Numbered from the stretch's first letter, positions 1 through 9,897 are shown. The stretch: 32,000 bases of DNA from Paramicrosporidium saccamoebae KSL3 (GCA_002794465.1 MTSL01000003.1:1-32000); one strand, 5' to 3'. Numbers and translations are program-made. The notes: generated from the letters alone by a model not told the origin.

Positions 1-358
1 ATGTTTCCTCAATGAGAGGAGGAAGAGGAGTAGGAGGAGTAGGAGGAGGAGGAGGTGGTGGTGGTGGTGGTGGTGGCGGCGGAAGATCATCAGTTGGCTC
101 TTCAGAGTCCGCTGGTAGTTCTGTCGCCTCAGGGATTGGTGGCGGTGGCGGTGGGGGCGGTGGTGGTGGTGGCGGAAGATCGCCAGTTGGTAGCAACTCC
201 TCCTCCGAGCTCTGCGATTCACTCACAGATAATAGTCCTGTACCCTCTTCAGTGATCGTTGATGGCTCCCCAGGGGGCTTACCTTCAGCCCCCATGGCCG
301 TCTCAAAGAGACTCACAGAGATCCACAACACGCAAATTGCAATCGCTGTCAGCTTCAT
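1..358 (-). CDS. Secreted polyproline-rich protein, N-terminal part (runs off the window's left edge; absent from the ORF track)
   Basis: Manual translation from the ATG at 358: MKLTAIAICVLWISVSLFETAMGAEGKPPGEP...PTGDLPPPPPPPPPPIPEATELPADSEEPTDDLPPPPPPPPPPPPTPPTP. Open to position 1. The signal peptide is 18/23 identical to that of the 2036-3136 gene. Confidence 0.8.
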   Translation of the reverse strand, partial: MKLTAIAICVLWISVSLFETAMGAEGKPPGEPSTITEEGTGLLSVSESQSSEEELLPTGDLPPPPPPPPPPPPPIPEATELPADSEEPTDDLPPPPPPPPPPPPPPTPPTPLPPLIEET

Positions 359-621
359 TATTGCGTAGCCATACATCGTCCGCGCTCTCCTATGTACGTG
401 TGGAATGTGCACCAATCATCGCCTCCGTATGCCATGCGCCAATCAAAAGACTCGCGCACGCCCATGGACAAATTGGAGCCGTCGCAAGGTCTGTGGGATT
501 GGTGCAGGGAACTCGTCCATGCCGGTCGGTCGCGATCCAATGAGGCTATAGCGTGGGAGGGACTTGTTGAGCTATAAAGTGCGACGACCAATAAAAAACG
601 CACTCTTTAATTTTTGGATCG

Positions 622-1442
622 TCACAAACTGTAGTCGACTCTGCCGCCGTCACGCCGTGTCTCGCACTCTAAATGGAACATTGATCTATGTTCTACATCA
701 GATCTCTTGGGGTTTGGGACGTCACGGATCTCGTCGGGCTTACCAATGGAGAATGGATTCATATCCGTCTGCACTCTTACCGTAGCGGTATCCATGCCAT
801 GGCTTAACAGTCCAATTTTGAACCAGCGTCCTCCCATCTGAGATTTACTGCCAATGCATCTTTGGCTTGCAATCACCTCAAAATAAATGACCTGTAGACT
901 GCCACAGTCAGATCAGTGAGATCAGTGGAATTGGATTGGTAAAGGAAAAGTACTTGCAGTTGGCCATTGCAATCTCATCTTTGACCACTCCTACGGATCT
1001 TTTAATGCTGTCATTGGGGTCAAATTAAACTCACATCGGTTAGCAAATTGGTTCTAAACCATTTCACATGCCAACTCTGACATTTGCAGTCGAATAGGTT
1101 AGGGTTATCAGCGCTCCAATAGTCCCCAAAGTTGTTTGCACAATTCAGGTCACAGGTCCGCTCAGAGTTAATCATGCTTCCAGCCGTTTGTTAAAGATGG
1201 TAAATTGAATAAACTTGCAAATGGCTCTGAACCCTCCCTGCGTACTCGTCTCCAGGTAACGATGCTGCATCTTTTTTCACCACCGAGAGGTCTACATTAT
1301 TAGTGCTCTTATGTTCAATTTTCCATTTATTAGATCCGCAAATTATTCTGTGACGTAGACGTAGAGGCAGAGGATTGATTAGTTGGGTATTTGAAGATGG
1401 TGAGATGTGTATCCATACTATTTTAGGATTAGCAGTGGACAA
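622..1442 (-). pseudogene. Possible multi-exon or degraded lineage-specific gene (structure unresolved)
   Basis: ORF 1191-1442 continues in the same frame after one TAA into MINSERTCDLNCANNFGDYWSADNPNLFDCKCQSWHVKWFRTNLLTD, followed by a GTGAGT donor-like site. A further open segment lies at 622-~895. I could not build a clean splice model. Confidence 0.3.
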
Positions 1443-1479
1443 CCCCCCTTCCCGTCTGTGGTATTATCTCCACTACGCG
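1373..1479. repeat. Dispersed ~110-bp repeat, copy 1 (inverted relative to 24386-24494)
   Basis: The reverse complement, CGCGTAGTGGAGATAATACCACAGACGGGAAGGGG...CTGCTAATCCTAAAATAGTATGGATACACAT...AAATACCCAAC, aligns by eye to 24386-24494. Confidence 0.85.
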
Positions 1480-2035
1480 TCAATTTTTCCTCCAATCCGT
1501 GAATCTCATCTGGAGACGCGTCCTGGCCAGTCTATATCAAATTCAAGATTACACGGCAGAGTGAGAATGCTTTAAGCGGCCAACCCTTAGAGATGGCCTT
1601 GGCATTGTACGTTTCAGTGTTTAGGTTGCCGGATCCAATACCCCTTTCAGCCATGCATAGAGATAGTACTTGAGGATGAGCACGGAACGTCTCTCAGAGT
1701 GTTTGCAAGCCAGTATTGGACATATGGTCGAGTACATTCCTGACATCCTTGGATGGTGGAATAACCAATCATGCTTGCTTCATGGCCTCTTTCTTGTTCT
1801 ACTTTATCAGAGTCCGTCTTTTTCATACTGTCTCATATTTTACCATCGTAAACACTGTTACGCAAATGGTCGCATTTATTGGTTCTATGGCTGTGGTAAA
1901 GGACTGATTGATACGGCCTTGGAATCTCCACGACATCATGTATAATTTTCTGCAACCGCTCTTGTTCAATGCCCTCTCTCGGCCGTTTTCGCTTTCCTCT
2001 GCATGTTTCTGAAACGTTCTCTTTGGCCATGTCTC

Positions 2036-3136
2036 TTACTTTCCCGTTGGGGTTCGCTTTCCTTTTTGCGTACTCGAATTCGCTCGAGGCTTATGTTTCT
2101 CCCCTAGTTGCGTTCTCTGAGTTGAAGGTTTTCTGTACGTTCGTGTTGGATCGCTCATTTTCCAGATAATTGGATTCCTTGTACTTTTCAATCGTCGCTG
2201 TTTCTTTTGCGTACTCGAGTTCGTTCTAGGTTTATATTTTCCCTCTTGCGTTTTCTGGTGTGAATTTTTTCTGTACGCTTGTATTGAATTGTCCGTTTTC
2301 CCGATACTTGCATTCCTTGTACCTGTCGATTGCCGCCGTTTCTTTTGATTTGCCGCTCGTTCCAGTCGTGCTAGATCCTTCTTCTTCTTGTTCTCCTCCT
2401 CTAGCCGCGCTGTTTCTTTTGCTTGTTTTCTTTCAGCCCTTTCTCGGGCTTCTATCTCAGCCTTTTCCTTGGCTTCTCTATCGGCATCCTCTAGCTCCCG
2501 AAGTTTCTCCTCGGCCTTTCTTAGGACTTTGTTTGCCTTATCGAGCTGTTGATTCAATGTATCGTATTCTCCAATTGCTTCGTCATGTCTTTTACGTGCC
2601 CCCTCAAGGGCTTGTTGAGCCTCAGCTTGTGCAGTAGACGCCTCCCTATAGTCATCGCTGTCTCTATCACTCGCTAAGTCGGCTGCCACGTGACTCGCCC
2701 GTTCTAGAGCCTTTTCGCATTGAGAAATAGTACCTGTGAGCGTGCCCATAAGGCTATTTTGGGCATGGAGTGCGGCTTGAGCGGCACCTTCTTGAGTTCT
2801 GGCTGTCTCAACAGCCTCCCTGGCTTCCTCGATAGCTTTTTGGGTTTTTGTATCTTCTTGCTGTTGACGTTCGTGGTCCTCCTGCATGATGCTCGTAAGA
2901 TGCTCGCGAATAGCCTCACGAACTACGCTCGATCCACCGTCAATATGGCACTTACCATCCTTACAAAGAGACTGGCTCCAATTGATCCCAGACAACTTGT
3001 GCATTATAGCATCAATCTTTCCCTTATCATCCTTAATGTTCTCAATGTATTCTTGAAGCACGCCTGAGCCGACGGCCGTCTCAAATAGATTCAAGGAAAT
3101 CCACAATACACATATGGCAATGGAGTTCAACTTCAT
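2036..3136 (-). CDS. Secreted coiled-coil protein with a duplicated basic C-terminal tail
   Basis: The ATG at 3136 gives MKLNSIAICVLWISLNLFETAVG (signal peptide), a long E/K/A/Q-rich heptad region and a K/R-rich tail. No homolog recognised. Confidence 0.8.
   Translation of the reverse strand: MKLNSIAICVLWISLNLFETAVGSGVLQEYIENIKDDKGKIDAIMHKLSGINWSQSLCKDGKCHIDGGSSVVREAIREHLTSIMQEDHERQQQEDTKTQKAIEEAREAVETARTQEGAAQAALHAQNSLMGTLTGTISQCEKALERASHVAADLASDRDSDDYREASTAQAEAQQALEGARKRHDEAIGEYDTLNQQLDKANKVLRKAEEKLRELEDADREAKEKAEIEARERAERKQAKETARLEEENKKKKDLARLERAANQKKRRQSTGTRNASIGKTDNSIQAYRKNSHQKTQEGKYKPRTNSSTQKKQRRLKSTRNPIIWKMSDPTRTYRKPSTQRTQLGEKHKPRANSSTQKGKRTPTGK
2069..2347 (-). repeat. Coding tandem duplication, 138 + 141 bp (46/47 aa)
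   Basis: QKKRRQSTGTRN...YRKNSHQKTQEGKYKPRTNSST versus QKKQRRLKSTRN...YRKPSTQRTQLGEKHKPRANSST. Also visible at DNA level. Confidence 0.8.
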
Positions 3137-3660
3137 TGTCGTGTAAACCACTCAGCGCGCTGTGGCCCCTTATGTGCAAGACGAGAACCAATGACGGCAA
3201 AGCAGGCGACATGTGCCAATCAAAAACATGTCGCACGCACATGAACGAATTGAAGACGACTCTGGGGGAGTTTGATTGGAGCCGAATAGTGTTCACACTG
3301 TCAGACTGCCATCCAATAATGCAACTCTGATTAATGTAGAGAGCGAGACTTGACAATCCCACAGACGAAGCGAAAGTAAATAATGCAAGCCGTGTTGGTC
3401 TTTTGGCTAGCAACAGAGCTGCAACAAACTATCGAGCGTCGTCTTTCACGAAATATTCCTCCCGGATCAGCACAAGATCATTGCTAAATGGCTAGTTGGC
3501 ACATATTACTACTACTAGCCAGTCGTTCTTTGGAACAAGTCTTTGCACAAATGAATACAGTACAAGTATATAATATTGTAATAAACAATCAACCAGGAGG
3601 TTGCTGAAAAATGATTGGCCGATTGGATAAACAAAACCTGCATTGTCGCGTTAGCACTCG

Positions 3661-5265
3661 ATGAGAATAGCATCCTCCATACTCTTGCTAATCCAGGTAC
3701 AGCAGATATGCGGAAAGGAGGACCTCATAATGGGTGACGGTGATTTAAATACAAGGAATGCAGTATTTCCAGCCCAGCCAGGCCACATGCCTCCCTCTCC
3801 TCCCCCTCCCCCTCCCCCTCCTCCGCCTGGACGCGTGCCTACGCCAACTAGTACAGGAGCAAAGGACCGGGTCGAAGTGCCCAGACTCAAGGTGGGAGGT
3901 GTGCGGGTTCCACACAATGTCTCCCTGGAAGGCACGCTGTACACTAGGACGAAGCGGCTCTCCAAAAAGGCCATCCAGGCGTACGAAAAGTCCTTTACCG
4001 TGCTTCGCGGGGAGCTTGAAAAACAGGAAAAAATGGCTGGACCGACGACAGTCAGAGAAACGGTGATAATTGATCACAAACGGAGACAGCCGATTGAGAT
4101 TCAGATGATGAATCTATGCAAAGCCGCCTATGGCCGTCGCGAGTGCACCATCTCGGAATTAATGACCTTAATGATCTCTCGAGACGCTTCTAGTTTTGAT
4201 GGCTATTCTGTCCTCCTCCCAAAACGAGACATGGACTGTCCAAAACTGGAGGACGACAAAATCAATCCTGAAAAGCTGTCAATCCATGAGAAATTCTTCC
4301 GGGCCGAGTGTCAGAGTGAAGCTCTGTGGAAGGCGGCCGAGTACCATGACAAGAAACAAGAGCTGCTGGAGACTTTGGATAACCTGATTCTCGACAGCGC
4401 CACCTGCCACCAAACAATTGGGATTGTGGTGGGCAACAAAGGATTGGAAGCATTAGTACGAAAGGCGAGGGAGACGTTGAAGCACAGTGGAACGACATTT
4501 TATAGTCGAGACGCCGCATTGTATGACTATATCCCCCTAAAAGTGCTGCTGGAGCCAATGGCGCAACTTGCCAGTCGACGGACGAAAAAGACGTATTTAG
4601 ACTTTGTCGTGGAGCAGCTCGTGCAAGATAATCAGACAACCCAGCTGATGCTAACCATGCCTGATCAGATGGACCGATTAACCACGTCTGGTCAGTTGAC
4701 CGGATCGAGTCAGCTAAAGACGGCTAGCCAGATTGAATGCACAAATCTGGCATCACGGGTCCAAGCAGCCAAGACACAAGTTGAGCTATTTTTGACGCTC
4801 CTGGAGACGCTCCGGGAAAAGGCAGCAGAATCTGATGATCCACTAAATATCGAGCTACTAAAGTTGGTAGAGGAGGGCCAAGCCTACCAGGACACCTGGA
4901 GCCTAAACTTTCCGAAACTTTGGGCTCAGATTGACGAGTTTATGGCTCACTGGTCTACAGTGGAGACGTATTTGCTGCATCAGCCGATTCTGTGTCCGAT
5001 GAAGGAACCCGACGTTGAGATCCCCAAGACCCTCGAGGAGCGCTACAACAATGCTCGACTGCACCAAGTGCCCAGTGGCTTCCAACCTTGCAAGGGCCAG
5101 AAGACAAGTAATCGATTGCTTTACTTGACATTGGGAGTCATTGGCGAATTGGTACGTTCAGGATGGATGAAGATGATTGACGAACTCGAGGACGGAGAGA
5201 CAAGGGCTATTCCCAAAAAAGACTTGTTGTCCGATTTACTGCAAACGGTACCTCGAAGAAACTGA
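3661..5265 (+). CDS. Secreted protein of unknown function with an N-terminal polyproline tract
   Basis: 534-aa ORF; hydrophobic N-terminus MRIASSILLLIQVQQICG; PPSPPPPPPPPPPG; predominantly helical-looking body; two ATTGG (CCAAT) boxes about 40 bp upstream. Confidence 0.75.
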   Translation: MRIASSILLLIQVQQICGKEDLIMGDGDLNTRNAVFPAQPGHMPPSPPPPPPPPPPGRVPTPTSTGAKDRVEVPRLKVGGVRVPHNVSLEGTLYTRTKRLSKKAIQAYEKSFTVLRGELEKQEKMAGPTTVRETVIIDHKRRQPIEIQMMNLCKAAYGRRECTISELMTLMISRDASSFDGYSVLLPKRDMDCPKLEDDKINPEKLSIHEKFFRAECQSEALWKAAEYHDKKQELLETLDNLILDSATCHQTIGIVVGNKGLEALVRKARETLKHSGTTFYSRDAALYDYIPLKVLLEPMAQLASRRTKKTYLDFVVEQLVQDNQTTQLMLTMPDQMDRLTTSGQLTGSSQLKTASQIECTNLASRVQAAKTQVELFLTLLETLREKAAESDDPLNIELLKLVEEGQAYQDTWSLNFPKLWAQIDEFMAHWSTVETYLLHQPILCPMKEPDVEIPKTLEERYNNARLHQVPSGFQPCKGQKTSNRLLYLTLGVIGELVRSGWMKMIDELEDGETRAIPKKDLLSDLLQTVPRRN

Positions 5266-5389
5266 ATAGCTATTATGCTGTTTGTAATAGGGACCCTCCA
5301 TCCCTAGCCGTTTATAGACGTGTGGATATACTCTAGCAACTATGATAAACGTATATATTATTTGTAGCCACATGATTGGCTAGCCCAGC

Positions 5390-5791
5390 ATGACGACGGG
5401 AGTCACGAAAACGACCCAAAAATCCACAAAGTCTCCAAAGACTGTAAAGTCTGTGGGCGTGGACGCGAAACGAGCACTAAAGACTGCTTATAAGAAGCCC
5501 GATACAACAGAGATAGACGAGTTGTTTAGCACACGGTCCGTAGACACTGTCAAGACCACACAGCCCACAAGCGCCAAGAACACACAGCCCATAAACGCCA
5601 AAAACACGCAATCCTTAAACACTACCGGGACACCTCGCCCAAAGGATGATATAGGCGATACTCGGGGAAAGAAAAAAAAGGCCCGTCCCTTGACTGATGA
5701 CGGACTCCCCATCTTTACAGCCGAAGAGATGGGACTGAACAAGGGCGGTGATACGGCAGACTGTCCGTTTGATTGTTCCTGTTGTTTTTAA
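5390..5791 (+). CDS. DUF1764-family protein
   Basis: Typical C-terminus TDDGLPIFTAEEMGLNKGGDTADCPFDCSCCF and an internal EIDELF motif. Confidence 0.85.
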   Translation: MTTGVTKTTQKSTKSPKTVKSVGVDAKRALKTAYKKPDTTEIDELFSTRSVDTVKTTQPTSAKNTQPINAKNTQSLNTTGTPRPKDDIGDTRGKKKKARPLTDDGLPIFTAEEMGLNKGGDTADCPFDCSCCF

Positions 5792-5814
5792 TAAATCGTT
5801 CTAGAATATTTTGT

Positions 5815-7532
5815 TCATACTGTGAGCATTGCTAGTGATTCCTCCAGGGCGCCCCAGAGAAGGGTGGCGATTTGATGGGGATCGACCGTGGTGTCTTGGA
5901 AGATGCGATAGAGCCAATGAGGATTGTCACAGCAGAAATGCTCAGGGATGGTGGTCGAATTCAAGATAAAGTCGCGATAGGTGGCGTTGAGATGCTTAAT
6001 TCCGCCCTGCCGGGGACCGCGCTCAGGATGGCCGACCGAGGCCTCGGGATGATGGGGAACCCAAGAACGATAGATCAACTCCATGCCGGAGAGATGGCTC
6101 ATGGTGCGATAGGGTGTGTAGTTGTCAGCAGGCACGCCATAGGGATAGCCCTCAATAAGCACGGCGCCTGGAGGGAGGAACATGCAAAGGATCAGTAATG
6201 AGCCATGCATTCCAAAGGCCATGACGGCAGTGCGCAGTTTGGCAATAATCTGTTCCATGGAAAGCTCCTCCAATCTGATCCAGCAGATGGGCAGGTTAAA
6301 TGAGGCAGTCAGATGGGTAGCAAGGAGGGCCTCATTGAGGATCAGACGAGTACTGAGACGGGAAAAGATGGCAATACAGGCATCATTGGTGGGGGGCTTT
6401 TGTTTGGCAAGGAGTGCTTTGATTGTCTCGGTCTGGACAGTGCGATCCCAGGCGGGCAATCCCATACGACGAAGGGCAAAGAGTGCTGCCTCTCGGAGTT
6501 TATAACCCGTGGCAGTGTGATTGGCCAAGGGACCTTGAGGCTTTCCATAGCCATATTGATACCAGGCGAGTTGCTTAGAGTTGCCCACTACGGCATCCTG
6601 ATAGCACACATAGGCTTCCTGGGGCGATTTTGGCCAAGTGTCCCAGCCGAGATTCTCTTCAATCCGCTGGAATCGACCCAACCACTCATAGGCAACATCA
6701 TATGCCTGGCGTTGATGGTGTTCAAAGACGGTCAAAGAATGGGCAGTGCCATTGGCCGGCGGATCATAATATTCGTCAAAGGGATCGGATAGTGACGGCC
6801 ACACATCGCGCAAAGAATACAGACCCAACCAATCGTCGTGGAAGACGTGCATAATGTTGACGGGATAGAACCGTTTGGTGAGAAAGGTGCGTCCCTTGAC
6901 AAGAGTCAGATTGGTGCGTCCCCGTCCACGCGACACTATCCGCCGTTCTCCATTCTCCAGGGTCTGCACATTGAGCAGATCGGCCTTTCGTAGAAAATAG
7001 TCAGGAGCAGTCTCTTCATAATGCCAGAAAAAGACATTATGACCCCTTAGAGTGGTCAGCTCGAGCATATTGTCATTTTGAAGGGGAGGATTGGTGAGGA
7101 CGGAATGTTCGCCCCGGAGGATGAAGAAGCGGTCCGTCTTGGTGGCAAAACACAGATTGCGGAACCGACAGGTGCGGGTTTCGAGGGTATCGCCCACACA
7201 ATGGACATCCGAATCAGTGGGAAGGAGAGCTGTGATGCGTCGTGCGTTACGGATCCTATCGCGTCGATTACTTAGCGTCTCCCGCAAGGCCTCCAAATGC
7301 GCCTGTTGACTATCATAATGGTCCCGAAGCCATTTCAGCTCAATGACTGCAACTATCAGCTAAACCGTCCATGATCAGTACGTTTTTGCAGCAATTCAAC
7401 GCGACCGCGTTCGGCCCTTTGTTGTTGATTTTGTCGCTGATTGCGAGTCCACACGGTCAGCAATACAAATATTCCTATCGACAGCAGCCCAAACACGCAA
7501 AACCGCCTCCACCATCGACGTCGAGAAACCAT
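5815..7532 (-). CDS. POMGNT2: POMGNT2-like GT61 beta-GlcNAc transferase, type II membrane protein; exons 7382-7532 and 5815-7346
   Basis: Motifs RTCRFRNLC, RFYPVNIMHVFHDD, WYQYGYGKPQGP, FSRLSTRLILNE, MHGS, YPYGVPADNYTPY and HFCCDNPHWLYRIFQDT match my recollection of animal POMGNT2. Removing a 35-nt GTACTG..TTGCAG intron (7347-7381) adds the in-frame anchor MVSRRRWWRRFCVFGLLSIGIFVLLTVW. Confidence 0.85.
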
Positions 7533-7629
7533 TTCCTAAATCAGTTATAGACTGTCCATTTAATTGGCCCCGTATTGGTTATTCCTTTTCCGGCCTGGTT
7601 AAAAATAATTAATTGCGCGTAACAGAGTG

Positions 7630-9161
7630 ATGAGCAGTGTGTCAAAGCGGGTGGCCTACTATTACGACGGCGAGGTGGGCAACTACAACTACGGGCCGGG
7701 CCACCCAATGAAGCCGCATAGGATTCGCATGGTGCATAGTCTGCTGGTAAACTACGGCATCTATAAGCACCTGCAGATATACGTACCCTCTCCTCCCCTC
7801 CCCTCACTGACCCATAGAAATCGCCCCGGGCGACGGCTGAGGATATGATGCAGTTCCACTCGGACGACTATGTCAGTTTCCTGCAACGAATAACCCCCGA
7901 GACGATGAACGATGCGGGAAAGCTGCTGCACCGCTTCAACGTGGGAGAGGACTGTCCCATTTTGGACGGTCTGTTTGAGTATTGTCAGATCAGCGCCGGC
8001 GGCTCCATTGCCGGTGCCATTAAGCTAAACCACGGCGCAGCGGATTGTGCCATCAACTGGGCCGGTGGTCTGCATCACGCAAAACGCGGCGAAGCCTCGG
8101 GCTTTTGTTACATCAACGACATTGTATTGGCTATTCTGGAACTGCTCAAATACCATCAACGCGTACTATACATTGACATTGATGTGCACCATGGAGATGG
8201 AGTGGAAGAGGCCTTTTACACCACTGACCGGGTCATGACCGTCTCCTTCCACAAGTACGGCGAGTTCTTCCCCGGCACCGGCGATATCCGCGACGTCGGC
8301 CATGGCATTGGCAAACATTATGCCGTCAATGTGCCCCTGCGGGACGGCATTGACGACCAATCGTACCAACGCATCTTTGAGCCTGTCATCGGCCACGTGA
8401 TGGAATGGTATCGGCCCGGTGCCATTGTTCTACAATGCGGCGCTGATTCGTTGGCAGGGGATCGGCTTGGCTGCTTTAATCTCAGTCATCGGGGCCATGC
8501 CAATTGTCTGGAATTTGTCAAAAAGTATAATGTGCCTTTGATGGTGTTGGGTGGTGGAGGTTACACTATCCGGAATGTTGCCCGTTGTTGGGCCTATGAG
8601 ACTGCCCGTGCCGTTGACACTGCCCTCGCCGAGGAGATTCCCTTCAACGACTATTTCGAGTATTATGGTCCCGATTACAGCATTGCTGTTCCTCCCAACA
8701 ACATGCCCAATCAGAACAGTCCTGAATATCTCGACAAGTTACTCTCCCGTGTCATTGACAATCTGCGTCATGTACAGTTTGCTCCCTCTGTTCAAATGCA
8801 TTCTGTCCCCGGCGACATGTTCACCGCCGAGGTCGATTCGGAAGACGTCCAAAGCGACGACGACTCTTTTGACGAATTCTTTGCCCTCGATAGTTTGCAT
8901 CGGCGACGCGCTGCCGAAGAGAGTATTCGACGTGAAAATCCCGCTGTTTGGGACGGGGATCGAGAGCAGGATTGGGCCAGGACTAGGACTGGAGCTGGGA
9001 CCGGGACTGGAGAGGATAACAGTGACAGAGAAGATAGCATGCCTGTGCCCCAGAAGGACCTGACTGCCAGATTTGAAGATCTCGGCGTGGCTCTCCAAGA
9101 AGATGAAGAAAGAGATGCCGTCGATACAGAGGACACTGAAGATGCTGATGACGAAGAGTAG
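7630..9161 (+). CDS. RPD3: Class I histone deacetylase (Rpd3/HDAC1-2); intron 7783-7817
   Basis: [47 protein letters not shown]. Removing the 35-nt intron GTACCC..CTGAC..TAG joins the two track ORFs in frame. Confidence 0.97.
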
Positions 9162-9231
9162 GCCCTGGTGACGGGGACTGATGACGAGAAATGAACCTCA
9201 ATTGTCCTCAATTAGTCTATAAAGTATACAT

Positions 9232-9357
9232 AAACGGATCAGTTTTTCGCATGAAGCGAATCAGTCTTTCGTATGAAGTGGATCGGTCTTTTACATAAAG
9301 CGAATCAGTCTTTCGCATGAAACGGATTAATCTTTCGCACGAAGCAAATCAGTCTTT
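9232..9357. repeat. 22-bp minisatellite, ~6 copies, with a 44-bp alternation
   Basis: Units AAACGGATCAGTTTTTCGCATG / AAGCGAATCAGTCTTTCGTATG / AAGTGGATCGGTCTTTTACATA / AAGCGAATCAGTCTTTCGCATG / AAACGGATTAATCTTTCGCACG / AAGCAAATCAGTCTTT. Confidence 0.9.
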
Positions 9358-9388
9358 ACTCAAACCCTACTCATCTTACCCACCCTAC

Positions 9389-9676
9389 TCACACCCATGG
9401 CTTCCACAAATTCATCTTTTCAATCAGTCGGAGCTCACATTCGGCCTCTTTCATTCGCTCCTCCGCCAACTGACCTCCGAAATCATTCACCTCTGCCAGT
9501 CGCTGTTTCATAACATTTTCCATCACCTCACGGTAATAGTATGTGGACGGCAGGCTTTGCAGCGAAACAAGCGTCTGTTCGTACAACTCCCTCAGACGCG
9601 GTAGCGGGTCAGGGTGTTTCCAGACTCCCGTTAGGTGGGTGGGAATGCGTGTTGAAAATTGTCGCAGCTTATACAT
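9389..9676 (-). CDS. NDUFA5: Complex I accessory subunit NDUFA5/B13-like
   Basis: THLTGV..HPDP..RL..LY..TL..L..LP....YR and C-terminal EAECELRLIEKMNLWKPW. The start ATG (9676 or 9682) is uncertain. Confidence 0.8.
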   Translation of the reverse strand: MYKLRQFSTRIPTHLTGVWKHPDPLPRLRELYEQTLVSLQSLPSTYYYREVMENVMKQRLAEVNDFGGQLAEERMKEAECELRLIEKMNLWKPWV

Positions 9677-9897
9677 CTGCATGTAAATATACAAAATATA
9701 TTTATTGTTTCATGCGGGCGCAGTGGAGAAGCACTGCCGAAATGCAAATACATAAAAGTAGAGCGATCGACACAATTGTGACCATAAACCAGCCGTCAGA
9801 CATTGTGATTGGCTACTACAGTAAATACACTTATCTAGCATCAGTACAGGCTCCTAAATATCTAGAGTTTGCATAGACGATCCATCTACCGACGAAA

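Noticed and set aside
12-368. Gly-rich + strand ORF (118 aa) and similar Gly-rich ORF 3651-3974
   Set aside because: These are antisense shadows of the polyproline-coding genes on the opposite strand, which have proper signal peptides.
3780-3900. WH2/WASP-like actin-nucleator call after the poly-Pro tract
   Set aside because: No LLxxIxxG..LKK-type WH2 motif or acidic CA tail is visible.
9360-9395. Possible extra 3' exon for NDUFA5 via a GTGAGT donor
   Set aside because: Candidate acceptors add only a few residues, with no supporting conservation.
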